Below, piece after piece: positions 41,178-51,241 of a stretch of 64,000 nt of DNA. How positions within the stretch are numbered: position 1 is the first letter of the stretch; every line of letters begins with the position of its first letter. Under the pieces are notes generated by a model. That model was not told where the DNA came from. It was given only the letters and a program-made list of their open reading frames with translations, and made no database searches. This stretch comes from Lactobacillales bacterium (GTDB lineage: Bacteria; Bacillota_I; Bacilli_A; RF39; UBA660). The stretch covers positions 8,653 to 72,652 of the forward strand of contig SVAG01000002.1 of NCBI GenBank assembly GCA_015059545.1. The letters run 5' to 3'. Position numbers and translations under genes: made by a program.

Positions 41178-41837
41178 TTATCTTTTTTTCTTCATATTTT
41201 TTCTTTTAGATTTTTCAATTTTTTTTTGATTTTCTTCTTTTGTTGTTTCTCGATCTAATGTATTTAAATATATTTTTAAATCCTCTATTGTATCTAATGA
41301 TATACTAGTATCACCATCTTCTTCATAAAACCATTTTAAATCACTAATTAGTTCTTTTAGATTACCATATCTATGATTTTTTAAAGAATTATAGTAAAAC
41401 ATATATACACTATTTAAATTTCTAATATTACTTCTTATTAAATAATTTATATCCTTTATTAATTCTTCATCTTCAATCAATTTAATTTGTAAATTTGATG
41501 ATTTTTCTTTTTTTTCTATTACATAACAATATTCATCCATTTCTGCATCATATAAAGTATAACTATCACAAATGATTTTTCCAGTAATATCAAATTTTTT
41601 TGTTTCATTAGGAATAATACATATTCCATCTAAATAATGTTCAAAACTTTGCATACTATTATCTAAAATAAACGCATTAAATTTATTATAAAATGGAAAA
41701 TATCCAGATAATACATATTTATCTTCAACTAGTATACCTTCAACATAAAAATCCTTTTTTACACTTATATAGGCATAAATATTATTATCTTTTATAATTT
41801 CAAAATATCTATTCTTAATTTTGTTATTATTTGTCAT
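41178..41837 (-). CDS. Hypothetical protein
   Basis: RBS AAGGTGA; very basic C-terminus. Confidence 0.7.
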   Translation of the reverse strand: MTNNNKIKNRYFEIIKDNNIYAYISVKKDFYVEGILVEDKYVLSGYFPFYNKFNAFILDNSMQSFEHYLDGICIIPNETKKFDITGKIICDSYTLYDAEMDEYCYVIEKKEKSSNLQIKLIEDEELIKDINYLIRSNIRNLNSVYMFYYNSLKNHRYGNLKELISDLKWFYEEDGDTSISLDTIEDLKIYLNTLDRETTKEENQKKIEKSKRKNMKKKR

Positions 41838-41990
41838 AATCTCACCTTTATTTTTCTATGTAATAATTATTATCTAAAATAAATTTTCTATATAAAATAA
41901 GTAATTAATGAATATTATAACACATTTTTATATTTAATTGACTTTTTTCTTTATTTTATATATATTTATATTAGTGATAGGAGGATAATT

Positions 41991-43475
41991 ATGTATATAA
42001 ATAATAAGATATTAATCGGAAAAAATGAAAATATAGAAACATATATTTTACCTGAAAAAGCTAATAGACATGGAATTATAACAGGTGCTAGTGGTAGTGG
42101 TAAAACTATTACTTTAAAAGTTATGGCTGAAAGTTTTTCAGATGCATCTGTTCCAGTATTTTTAGTTGATGTTAAAGGTGATTTAGCTGGAATGTGCATT
42201 AAAGGTGAAATGAATGAAAATATAGAAAAAAGAGTTAATAATTTAAATTTAGAAGGATTTGAATTAAAAAATTACCCTACTCATTTTTGGGATGTTTATG
42301 GAGAATCTGGTCATCCTATTAGAACAACTGTATCTAACATAGGTGCTAAATTACTTTCTCGTATGCTTAATTTAACTGATGCTCAAGAAGGTGTTTTAAC
42401 TATTATATTTAAAATAGCTGAAGATGAAAAATTAGAGATTGTTGATTTAAAAGATTTAAGAGCAATGCTTACTTATGTTGGTGATAAAAGAAAAGAATAT
42501 ACTTTAAATTATGGAAATATTACTTTACAAAGTATTGGTGCGATCCAACGTAATTTACTTTCTTTAGAAGAAGAAGGTGGAGATTATTTCTTTGGTAAAC
42601 CTGAATTTAATATAAAAGATTTTATGAAATATAATAGTGCTGATGGTAGAGGTTTTATAAATGTATTACATGCAGCTACTTTATTTAAGAAACCTACACT
42701 GTATGCTACATTCCTACTTTGGTTACTTGATTCACTTTATAATGAGATGCCAGAAGTTGGTGATTTAGATAAACCTAAATTAGTATTCTTTATTGATGAA
42801 GCTCACCTACTTTTCTCTGAAATGCCAGATCATATGATTAAAAATATTATAAGCATTGTTAAATTAATTCGTTCTAAAGGAATTGGTCTTTATTTTATAT
42901 CTCAAAGTCCTAGTGATATACCAGATGAAATATTATCACAACTTGGAAATAGAGTTCAACATGTTTTAAGATATTATACTAAGAGTGATGCTAAAGCTAT
43001 TAAAGCAGCTTGTGATTCATTTAGAGAAAATCCAAACTTTAATACAGAAGACACTATTAAAGAATTAGAAACTGGTGAGGCATTAGTTTCATTCCAAAAT
43101 GAAAATGGTGAACCTTCAATTGTAGAAAAAGTAACTATCTTACCTCCACAAAGTAAAATGGGAACAATTGATGATGAAACAAGAAATAATGTTATAAAAT
43201 CAGATATGTTCTATCAAAAATATGAAAACAAAATTGATAATGAATCTGCTTTTGAAAAAATAAATGATAATAAAATAATGGAAGAAAAAGTTGTTAATGA
43301 AGAAACAAGGGTACTTAAAAAAGATGGTGAAGAAATTAAAACAACAAAGACAACTACTACTAAGAAAAAGAAAAAAAGTAGCATTGAAAAAGCTACTAAT
43401 AAGGTTACTAATTCTGCTTTAAATACACTTGGTAGAAAAATAGGAAATTCAATTTTTAAAGGATTATTTAAGTAA
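41991..43475 (+). CDS. DUF853/YjgR HerA-like ATPase
   Basis: ANRHGIITGASGSGKT, DVKGDL, FIDEAHLLF, IRSKG, QLGNRVQH. Confidence 0.92.
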   Translation: MYINNKILIGKNENIETYILPEKANRHGIITGASGSGKTITLKVMAESFSDASVPVFLVDVKGDLAGMCIKGEMNENIEKRVNNLNLEGFELKNYPTHFWDVYGESGHPIRTTVSNIGAKLLSRMLNLTDAQEGVLTIIFKIAEDEKLEIVDLKDLRAMLTYVGDKRKEYTLNYGNITLQSIGAIQRNLLSLEEEGGDYFFGKPEFNIKDFMKYNSADGRGFINVLHAATLFKKPTLYATFLLWLLDSLYNEMPEVGDLDKPKLVFFIDEAHLLFSEMPDHMIKNIISIVKLIRSKGIGLYFISQSPSDIPDEILSQLGNRVQHVLRYYTKSDAKAIKAACDSFRENPNFNTEDTIKELETGEALVSFQNENGEPSIVEKVTILPPQSKMGTIDDETRNNVIKSDMFYQKYENKIDNESAFEKINDNKIMEEKVVNEETRVLKKDGEEIKTTKTTTTKKKKKSSIEKATNKVTNSALNTLGRKIGNSIFKGLFK

Positions 43476-44348
43476 TCCTTTTATTTTATCTAATAATAAT
43501 TCTTTTACTATATTCTCTTCTATTATATTTATAGAAAATGTTTTATTTCCTATATAATTTATAGATGCTCCTAAATGATAAAATAAATTTTCATCTAATA
43601 TAATATATCTATCATGGAATGTATTATCATATATTATTTTTAAATTATCATATTGTTTATTATATTTTTCTATATCTATTTCTTTTATTAAGTTATTTTT
43701 TCTTGTTATTAATATTACTTTTCTTTTTACATTTGAAATTATATCTAATAATTTTTTATCCGCATATGAATCTATAATTATAATATTTTCTTTACTTTCA
43801 TTTAATATATCTATTATCTTAGAATAAGCATCATATATTTGTCCATTAAAATATATTTCATTTTTTAATTTTCTCTCTTCTAGTTTATCAAATGATTCTT
43901 GTAATAATTTTATATCATTATCATGTTCTAATACTAATCTATTAATATACTGTTGTTCTATTAGATTATTTGATATGTATTTTCTCATTATCACAAATGC
44001 GTCCATTATTCTTATGCTTACTTCTTCAGCAATTGAAGTTCTAAGTACAGATGATAACATAGCTACACCTTGTTCTGTAAATACATATGGTAAATATTTA
44101 CTGTAATGACCTTGTTCTAATTCTAAGGTCCCAAATTGGGACCTTAGAATGTTATCATATTCTTCTTTAGTTAATTTAAATGCAAATCTTTCTGGAAATC
44201 GTTTAATGTGCCTTTTTACAGCTTGATTAATTGTTTTTGTACCATTTTTACATCCATATAATTTAGCTAAATCACTATCTAACATTACTTGTTTTCCTCT
44301 TATTTCATATATCATATTTTCTATTTTTTCTTCTACTATTTGATTCAT
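43464..44348 (-). CDS. ORF6N/KilA-N DNA-binding protein with C-terminal PLD-like (HDR) domain
   Basis: IYEIRGKQVMLDSDLAKLYG, LPYVFTEQGVAMLS, FHDRYIILD..YHLGAS. Confidence 0.88.
   Translation of the reverse strand: MNQIVEEKIENMIYEIRGKQVMLDSDLAKLYGCKNGTKTINQAVKRHIKRFPERFAFKLTKEEYDNILRSQFGTLELEQGHYSKYLPYVFTEQGVAMLSSVLRTSIAEEVSIRIMDAFVIMRKYISNNLIEQQYINRLVLEHDNDIKLLQESFDKLEERKLKNEIYFNGQIYDAYSKIIDILNESKENIIIIDSYADKKLLDIISNVKRKVILITRKNNLIKEIDIEKYNKQYDNLKIIYDNTFHDRYIILDENLFYHLGASINYIGNKTFSINIIEENIVKELLLDKIKGLLK
44120..44150. repeat. 31-bp intragenic palindrome
   Basis: ATTCTAAGGTCCCAA-A-TTGGGACCTTAGAAT (perfect 15-bp arms). Confidence 0.97.
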
Positions 44349-44443
44349 TTAACTCTCCTTTATAAATTAATAATATATCTTCTAATATTAATTTACTCTA
44401 TATCTTTTATAAATCCTTTTAAATAACAAAAAAAAGACTAAAA

Positions 44444-44764
44444 CTAGTCTTTTTTTATAACATTTTCTAAAAATATTTTTTCATTAAATGAACCTCTTTT
44501 TTTTGATTTAGTTTTAGCTACTTCTATTACTTTATCAAGTGATTCACCTTCTAGGGTTGCTAATGAAGAAATGACTTCTAACATATCTGCTAATTCTTCT
44601 ATTCGATCATTTCCTTTTGAATTTAATACTTCATTATATTCTTCATATAATTTTTTTTCTAATTCTTTTTTATATTCTTCATCTGTTAATATTCTTGTTA
44701 TTGGTTCTTCTCCATTATTTTTAATTATTTCTGGTATTTTATCTCTTACTAATTTTTGATACAT
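44444..44764 (-). CDS. All-alpha NTP pyrophosphohydrolase (MazG/PRA-PH-like)
   Basis: KLVRDKIPEII, EEYNEV, EELADMLEV, KRGSF. Confidence 0.88.
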   Translation of the reverse strand: MYQKLVRDKIPEIIKNNGEEPITRILTDEEYKKELEKKLYEEYNEVLNSKGNDRIEELADMLEVISSLATLEGESLDKVIEVAKTKSKKRGSFNEKIFLENVIKKD

Positions 44765-44796
44765 ATTATTTTAATCCTTTCATTATCATAATCAAT

Positions 44797-45978
44797 TTAT
44801 CTCATCTTCATTATTTTTTTATGTATATTTCCAAATGTATCTTCTTTATTCTTTTCATACATTTTTATTTTTTCATTAATATATACTTCTACTAAAGGTG
44901 ACGAAATATCTAATAATTCTACATTTCCCTTTTCTTTATTAATTACGATTGGTGAATCAACTCTTATATTCCAACCTCTTTTTAAATATTCATAATAGTC
45001 TCCAATACTTAACAAATTACAAGTAGAAATTGTTTTATCTATACAAGTTTCTACTTTAGCAAAACCACAACATCTCATTAAAATTTCACTAAAATCATTA
45101 TTACATATTTCAATAATCTTATTTAATTCATCGTTTGGATTTAAAGTATATTTTTGAAGTTTTTCAAAAAAATCATAAAATGAAGCTTCTGCACTTAATA
45201 CTCCACATATAAATTTAATAACTTTTGGGTCATATGTAACTAATTCATTATCATAAATAGTTTTCATTTTAAGTCTTCCAATATATTCATCATAATCAAA
45301 TTTGTTAACGCATTCTTCATTTTTTATTTTTAACTTTTTATTTATATAATATGAAGTATCAGTTATATTGTAATTATTATCAAAAGACCATTTTACTCTA
45401 TCAAATGCATATGAAAGATTTGTCTCATTATGTCCATATCCAGTATTATATAAATCTCCTAATGGAGTAATATACCATGCATTTGGCAAATAACGCTTAT
45501 CTAATTCATTATCTAAAGAATAAATAATCTTTACACGTTTTATTTCTTTTAATGCCTGTGATATTTGAATACATATATTATTCCATTTTTCTTTTTGTAA
45601 TGGGAAACATGGTATTAAAATTTTTAATATTTTTTGATATTCACTCAATAAACAATTTATATCATGTTCAGATAATTCTAATGATTGTTCATAATATTTT
45701 AAACTTCCTAATTCCTCATAAATAATTTTTTCATATTCCGAATATTTATCATAGCTAAAATCAGAATTTAACATCTTATTTAATTCTTCAAATCTTTCTA
45801 ATGATAAGTTTTTTATAATAAAATTTATATTTTTTATTTCTTCAAATATATTTCTATATTTTATAAAAAAATCAATTGATAATTTTTTATATAATAATGG
45901 TGGATCTAATAATTTATTATTTTTACTTAAAATATAAAATTCTTGAGGATTTTCTAATTCTTTATGATATTTAATCAT
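44797..45978 (-). CDS. Hypothetical protein
   Basis: 393-aa ORF; AWYITPLGDLY..GH motif of unknown role. Confidence 0.7.
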   Translation of the reverse strand: MIKYHKELENPQEFYILSKNNKLLDPPLLYKKLSIDFFIKYRNIFEEIKNINFIIKNLSLERFEELNKMLNSDFSYDKYSEYEKIIYEELGSLKYYEQSLELSEHDINCLLSEYQKILKILIPCFPLQKEKWNNICIQISQALKEIKRVKIIYSLDNELDKRYLPNAWYITPLGDLYNTGYGHNETNLSYAFDRVKWSFDNNYNITDTSYYINKKLKIKNEECVNKFDYDEYIGRLKMKTIYDNELVTYDPKVIKFICGVLSAEASFYDFFEKLQKYTLNPNDELNKIIEICNNDFSEILMRCCGFAKVETCIDKTISTCNLLSIGDYYEYLKRGWNIRVDSPIVINKEKGNVELLDISSPLVEVYINEKIKMYEKNKEDTFGNIHKKIMKMR

Positions 45979-46051
45979 ACTATCACACTTTCATATAAAA
46001 TATATTTTTTATACTATCATATAAATATACAAATGTAAATAAAAGTAGATA

Positions 46052-46948
46052 TCAATTATCTACTTTTATATCACCTAAATCATTTTTAATTTCTAAAGTC
46101 ACATCTGCATCTCTATAATTATTATTTATTTTTTCTTTTCCTAAATCTGTTTCTACATCTATATATACATTTTCTATATTATCTATTTCAATATCTCCTA
46201 AATCACTTTTAATTTTTGAATCTTTAGTTAATACTACATTATCTAGTTCTATATCTCCACAATCATTACTAATATTCAAATAACTATCAATATTTTTTAT
46301 TTCAATATCTCCAAGATTATTTTCAGCAGTTATTTCATTAACTTCTTTAATTTTTATATCTCCTGCAGATACTTCTATATTTGCAGTATTAGCTTTAGTT
46401 ATATTTACATTTCCTAAATCATTTTTTACTTTTATATTATTTGCATCTAATACTTTTATATCACCAAAATTTTCTTCTATTTTTATATTAGCATTCGTAA
46501 ATTCTTCTATTTCTATATTACCAAAATTATTTTCTATATTAATTTTATTTGAATAATTTTTTGGTAAATAAATTTCTACTTTTGATATAAGTGTATTAAT
46601 ACAGAAAAATTTACATTTTTTTGCTTTTACATTTATATCTAATATACCATTACTATTATTAATATTACTATTTTTTTCTTCATTATATATTAATACTTTT
46701 ATTTGTTCTTCTCCACTATTTTTTACATAAATATTACCTGCTTCTACATTAATATTTATTTCATTCATATTATTATCATATATTTCTTCTATTTCTAATT
46801 TTTCACTTACACCTTTATATGTTTTAAACATTTTAAAATTAATTGTATTATTCATTAATAAAATCATAACAGTTATAACAGAAATTACTATGATAGATAA
46901 TAAAATAATTAAAAATATTGTTAATGTTTTATTTTTCATTTTCATCAC
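46052..46948 (-). CDS. DUF4097 (toast-rack beta-repeat) membrane-anchored protein
   Basis: N-terminal TM and repeated xNxxGDIxI units; true start probably 46939 or 46945. Confidence 0.85.
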   Translation of the reverse strand: MMKMKNKTLTIFLIILLSIIVISVITVMILLMNNTINFKMFKTYKGVSEKLEIEEIYDNNMNEININVEAGNIYVKNSGEEQIKVLIYNEEKNSNINNSNGILDINVKAKKCKFFCINTLISKVEIYLPKNYSNKINIENNFGNIEIEEFTNANIKIEENFGDIKVLDANNIKVKNDLGNVNITKANTANIEVSAGDIKIKEVNEITAENNLGDIEIKNIDSYLNISNDCGDIELDNVVLTKDSKIKSDLGDIEIDNIENVYIDVETDLGKEKINNNYRDADVTLEIKNDLGDIKVDN

Positions 46949-47567
46949 CTCTTAATGAAATTATTAATTTAATTATTTGCATTATTAATGCATATACTAT
47001 CCATATTAACCATGTGATATGCCATGCCATTGTTATAAAGCTTATAAATAAATATATTATTAATGTAATTAATGATAACACATTATCTATTTGTTTTATA
47101 AGCTTCTTTTCTTTTTTTTCTTTTTCTGTTTTTTCTTCTTTATAAACTATACAAGTATATACTATAAAGAATGTTGCTACTCCAGAAATAAGTAAGAATC
47201 CTGCAGCAGCTATAACTGGATTTATCATAAGCACTGGTACTGAAATCATAATCCAAGTAATTGCAATAAAATAACATAATACTCCTATTCCTATTCCTTT
47301 TGCTCTTTTTTTAGCAATTTCTTCTTTTTTTGAAGATAATTTTTCTTCTTTTATTTCTTCTTTTTTTCCTGTAAGTAATTCATCAGCTGTTATTCCATAT
47401 AACTCACATAATGGAGCTATTTTATCAAAGTCTGGAGTACTTTGATCTGTTTCCCATTTAGAAATAGTTTGCCTTGATACATTTAATTTAAATGCTACTT
47501 CTTCTTGAGATAAATGTTCTTTTTTTCTTAAATTTAATAATCTTTCTCCTAAATTCATTCTTTCCAC
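46929..47567 (-). CDS. XRE HTH regulator with C-terminal TM domain
   Basis: LSQEEVA..VSRQTISKWE...PD plus 4 TM segments. Confidence 0.9.
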   Translation of the reverse strand: MERMNLGERLLNLRKKEHLSQEEVAFKLNVSRQTISKWETDQSTPDFDKIAPLCELYGITADELLTGKKEEIKEEKLSSKKEEIAKKRAKGIGIGVLCYFIAITWIMISVPVLMINPVIAAAGFLLISGVATFFIVYTCIVYKEEKTEKEKKEKKLIKQIDNVLSLITLIIYLFISFITMAWHITWLIWIVYALIMQIIKLIISLRGDENEK

Positions 47568-47686
47568 CTCACACCAAAATTATATTATTTTTATCGGTTG
47601 CACTCTACCAATTTCACTTTGAAATTTGTCAACTAAACTTAACATTTACTAAATTATAACACAAAAAACATTATTTTAATAATGTT

Positions 47687-48070
47687 TTAATTAAAAGCAA
47701 GTTCTACATCTAATTCTTCATCTTGATATGCAATATATAAAAATATAACTCCACTTAATGCAATTAACAAAGATCCTATTAATGATAATGTCACTAATTT
47801 TTTCTTTTTTAATGAATCATTTTCTTTTAAATTTTTGTAATCATCTAATGAATCTTTTACAAAGTATAAATATACAATTATCAAAATAGAAAATATAAAT
47901 ATCATTATTTTTCTATATTTTTCTTTACTTATATTATCATTAAATAAATAATATTTTTCTTCTAAAGAATTAGAATAAAAACTAAGTGCTATTATTCCAA
48001 TATATATAATCCAAATAAAATCTTCAATTTTAATTTGTTCTAATTTTCTATTTAATTCATTATAATTCAT
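47687..48070 (-). CDS. 3-TM membrane protein
   Basis: Three hydrophobic segments. Confidence 0.7.
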   Translation of the reverse strand: MNYNELNRKLEQIKIEDFIWIIYIGIIALSFYSNSLEEKYYLFNDNISKEKYRKIMIFIFSILIIVYLYFVKDSLDDYKNLKENDSLKKKKLVTLSLIGSLLIALSGVIFLYIAYQDEELDVELAFN

Positions 48071-48126
48071 ATTAAATTTTATGAATTATATTATAATAAA
48101 TACTAAAAAAGTAAGCATTAAGCTTA

Positions 48127-49188
48127 CTAATTTTCTTGACATTTAATTGTTTCTGTTTTTTTACATACATTACCACTTTTTGTATATCCGCTTGGACATC
48201 CTTTTGTAGTTACTTTCTTAACTGTTTTAACACACCAACTATGACCACTACTATCTTTATAATCAACTTCAGCTGCTTCCCAAGTATCACATTGTCTTAT
48301 ACTTGCATCTTCTTTTGTAGCTAAATTAATACAATATGTTCCTGATCCATACCAAGTATTATATGATATTGATCCACTTGGACAAGATGTTTTAGAAATC
48401 ATATTTGTTGTAACTTCCTTAGTACATTTACTTCCATCACCAACAGGTGTACAATCTTTTGGACAAGTATATGGTTCTTTCCATGTAGCTTTAATAACCA
48501 TATCTGTTGTAATTTTTGTTTCTTTAGTTATTTCATTTCCATCTTTATCAACCCATCCAGCAAATTTAAATCCTTCTTTTGTTGGATTCATTGGTAATAA
48601 AATTATTTTACCATTTTCAATTATTATACTTCCAATTTTATTTCCACCATCTGTATCAAATTTAATTTCTAATGTTTTTGCTTTTTCACTTATCCAGAAT
48701 GCTTTTAATGTTGTATCTTCATCAAATGTAATATCTTCTGTTATAAGGTATCCATCTTCATTTACCCAACCTACAAATATATATCCTTCTTTTGTTGGTT
48801 CTACAGGCATTAAAATAACTGTTCCTTTTTCTATTATGATATCTTCGATTTTATTTCCACCATCTGTATCATATGTAATTTTTGAAGTTTCAACATCATT
48901 ACTAATCCATTTAGCTTTAAATGTTGTATCTTCTGTTATTTTTGTTCCTGTTGTTACAACTTTTCCTTTTTTATTTGTCCATCCAACAAATTTATATCCT
49001 TCTTTTTTAGGTTCATCTGGTAATTTTGTTATTTTTTTATCTTTTATTTCTATATTTTCAACTTCTGAACCACCGTCTGTATCAAGTTTAATAATGTATG
49101 TTTCTTGTCTATTAAGTAACAAGAATATTATAATACCTAAAAGTATTAATATTGTGATTACAATTAAAGCAATCCACTTTTTCTTCAT
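48127..49188 (-). CDS. Surface protein with three InlB B-repeats and Cys-rich C-terminal domain
   Basis: 3x DTDGG...P.KEGY.F.GW...A.W; then CPKDC...CPSGYTKSGNVC. Confidence 0.88.
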   Translation of the reverse strand: MKKKWIALIVITILILLGIIIFLLLNRQETYIIKLDTDGGSEVENIEIKDKKITKLPDEPKKEGYKFVGWTNKKGKVVTTGTKITEDTTFKAKWISNDVETSKITYDTDGGNKIEDIIIEKGTVILMPVEPTKEGYIFVGWVNEDGYLITEDITFDEDTTLKAFWISEKAKTLEIKFDTDGGNKIGSIIIENGKIILLPMNPTKEGFKFAGWVDKDGNEITKETKITTDMVIKATWKEPYTCPKDCTPVGDGSKCTKEVTTNMISKTSCPSGSISYNTWYGSGTYCINLATKEDASIRQCDTWEAAEVDYKDSSGHSWCVKTVKKVTTKGCPSGYTKSGNVCKKTETIKCQEN

Positions 49189-49247
49189 AAATAGTATCCT
49201 CCTTTTACTTATTTTACTATAACAATATTAAAAATTCAATAAGTAAA

Positions 49248-50102
49248 TTATTTTTGCCTTAAATGTTCAAGTATATTTTCTAGCAATTTTTTATCTTCTA
49301 TTTTATTTATACTAAAACATTTCTTTCCTAAATCTTTAAAGGAGGCTCCTGAATGATATAATGTACTTCTATCTATTATAATAAATCTATCATGAAAATT
49401 ATTATTTATTTTTATATTTAAATTATTATATTGTTCTTTATATTTTTCTATATCTTTATTATTGTATTTATTTGTTATTATTGTTACTTCTTTATCTAAA
49501 AAACTTATTATATCTAATATCTGTTTATCAATATAGTTATCTATTATTATAATTTCTTCTTCTGCTTCTTTTAATATATCAACTAATAATGAATATGCAT
49601 CATATATTTGTCCTTCAAAAAATATATGACTTTGTTTTTCTTTTTTATCCAACGCTTCAAATAATTTATCTATCTTATTATCATGTTCTATATATTTAGT
49701 TTCTAAATTAGATATTCTTATTTCATAATTATTTACATATTTTTTTAAATTAACAAAAGCTTCTACAATTCTTAAACTAGTTTTTATAGCTATTTCACTT
49801 TTTAAAATTCCAGCTAACATCGTTACTCCATATTCAGTAAATACATAAGGTAAATATTTACGATGTTGTCCTCTGCCATTTTTTAAGGTGAAATTTTTGC
49901 ACCTTAAAAAATTATATTCTTCATTTGTTAATTGAAAACAATATTCTAATGGAAATCTCTTAATATTGTTTTTTACATTTCTATTCAAATCTTTGGTTGA
50001 ATAATTAAATAATTTAGCTAAATCACTATCTAACATTACTTGTTTTCCTCTTATTTCATATATTAAATTTTCTATTTTTTCTTTTTCCATGATATCATTC
50101 AT
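49248..50102 (-). CDS. ORF6N/KilA-N DNA-binding protein with PLD-like domain, paralogue 2
   Basis: IYEIRGKQVMLDSDLAKLF, LPYVFTEYGV, FHDRFIIID..YHSGAS. Start at 50102 behind GAGGTG. Confidence 0.88.
   Translation of the reverse strand: MNDIMEKEKIENLIYEIRGKQVMLDSDLAKLFNYSTKDLNRNVKNNIKRFPLEYCFQLTNEEYNFLRCKNFTLKNGRGQHRKYLPYVFTEYGVTMLAGILKSEIAIKTSLRIVEAFVNLKKYVNNYEIRISNLETKYIEHDNKIDKLFEALDKKEKQSHIFFEGQIYDAYSLLVDILKEAEEEIIIIDNYIDKQILDIISFLDKEVTIITNKYNNKDIEKYKEQYNNLNIKINNNFHDRFIIIDRSTLYHSGASFKDLGKKCFSINKIEDKKLLENILEHLRQK
49878..49912. repeat. 35-bp intragenic palindrome
   Basis: ATTTTTTAAGGTG-aaatttttg-CACCTTAAAAAAT (13-bp perfect arms, centre partly paired). Confidence 0.95.
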
Positions 50103-50149
50103 AAAATCACCTCTAAAACTAATATACTCTATCAATTTTAAGAATCCTT

Positions 50150-51241
50150 TTATTTTTGATATCTTGAAATATTAAGTATTATTCCCATACTACATAAAGT
50201 TATAAGTAAACTTGAGCCTCCATAACTTAAAAATGGAAGTGTTACTCCTGTTACTGGTATTAATCCTACTACTACCATTAAATTTAAAAGTGCCTGAAAA
50301 GATAGTCCAAAGATTATTCCAAATGCTAAAAATTTACCGAATGGCTCTTTTGAATTTTTTGCTATTTTAAGACCTCTTAATATAATTGTTAAAAATAAAC
50401 TTGATACTATAAGTATTCCCATAAAACCAAATTCTTCACTTATAATCGAAAAAATAAAATCAGTTTGTGGTTCAGGAAGATAAAAATGTTTTTGCCTTGA
50501 ATTTAGAAATCCATATCCAAATAAACCTCCTGGACCTATTGCATATAAACTTTGAATTATTTGAAATCCACTACCTAATGGATCACTCCATGGATTTAAA
50601 TATGATAATATTCTTTGTAATCTATAAGGTGCTACTATTATTAAACCCGTTATTCCAAGCAAACCAATCAATCCTAAATATAAAAAGAATTTTAAATTAA
50701 CTCCTCCTACAAATAATAATCCTATTATAGTTACTATTATAATGAACCCTGTTCCAAAATCAGGTTGTAACATAATAAGTCCAAATATTAATAAAGTAAT
50801 TAAAAGAATTGGTAGTACTCCTTTTTTTATGTTTTTTAATTCTTTATTATTATTACTTAAATATTTAGATACAAATATTATGAGAGCTAGTTTAGCTGCT
50901 TCACTAGGTTGTATACCAAATGAACCTATTCCAAACCAACTACGGCTTCCATTTCTAACTGTACCTATTCCTGGTATTATAACTAATATAAGTAGAATAA
51001 CTGTTATTAATAATAATAAATTAGATTTTTCAAAGTATATTTTATAATTTATTTTACTTATTATCATCATTAAAACAATTCCTATTATTAAAAATAATCC
51101 TTGATTTTTTACAAATTTAAATGGATCATTAAATTTATATTCTGCCCATACATAAGATGCCGAATAAACCATAATAACACCAAATATACTAATTGTTATA
51201 ATTGAAATTAATAAAAGTATATCTATGTTATGTTTTTTCAT
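50150..51241 (-). CDS. ftsW: SEDS peptidoglycan glycosyltransferase FtsW/SpoVE
   Basis: GSRSW, IQPSE, LQPDFGT, LPEPQTDFIF, LPFLSYGGSS; ATGA overlap with mraY. Confidence 0.93.
   Translation of the reverse strand: MKKHNIDILLLISIITISIFGVIMVYSASYVWAEYKFNDPFKFVKNQGLFLIIGIVLMMIISKINYKIYFEKSNLLLLITVILLILVIIPGIGTVRNGSRSWFGIGSFGIQPSEAAKLALIIFVSKYLSNNNKELKNIKKGVLPILLITLLIFGLIMLQPDFGTGFIIIVTIIGLLFVGGVNLKFFLYLGLIGLLGITGLIIVAPYRLQRILSYLNPWSDPLGSGFQIIQSLYAIGPGGLFGYGFLNSRQKHFYLPEPQTDFIFSIISEEFGFMGILIVSSLFLTIILRGLKIAKNSKEPFGKFLAFGIIFGLSFQALLNLMVVVGLIPVTGVTLPFLSYGGSSLLITLCSMGIILNISRYQK

Noticed and set aside
41991-43475. HerA-type anti-phage system
   Set aside because: The protein matches the widespread stand-alone DUF853/YjgR type and has no co-oriented NurA, Sir2 or nuclease partner.
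43464-50135. Prophage or integrative element suggested by ORF6N antirepressor-like, XRE and MazG-like genes
   Set aside because: No integrase, replication, structural or conjugation genes, and no att-like repeats.
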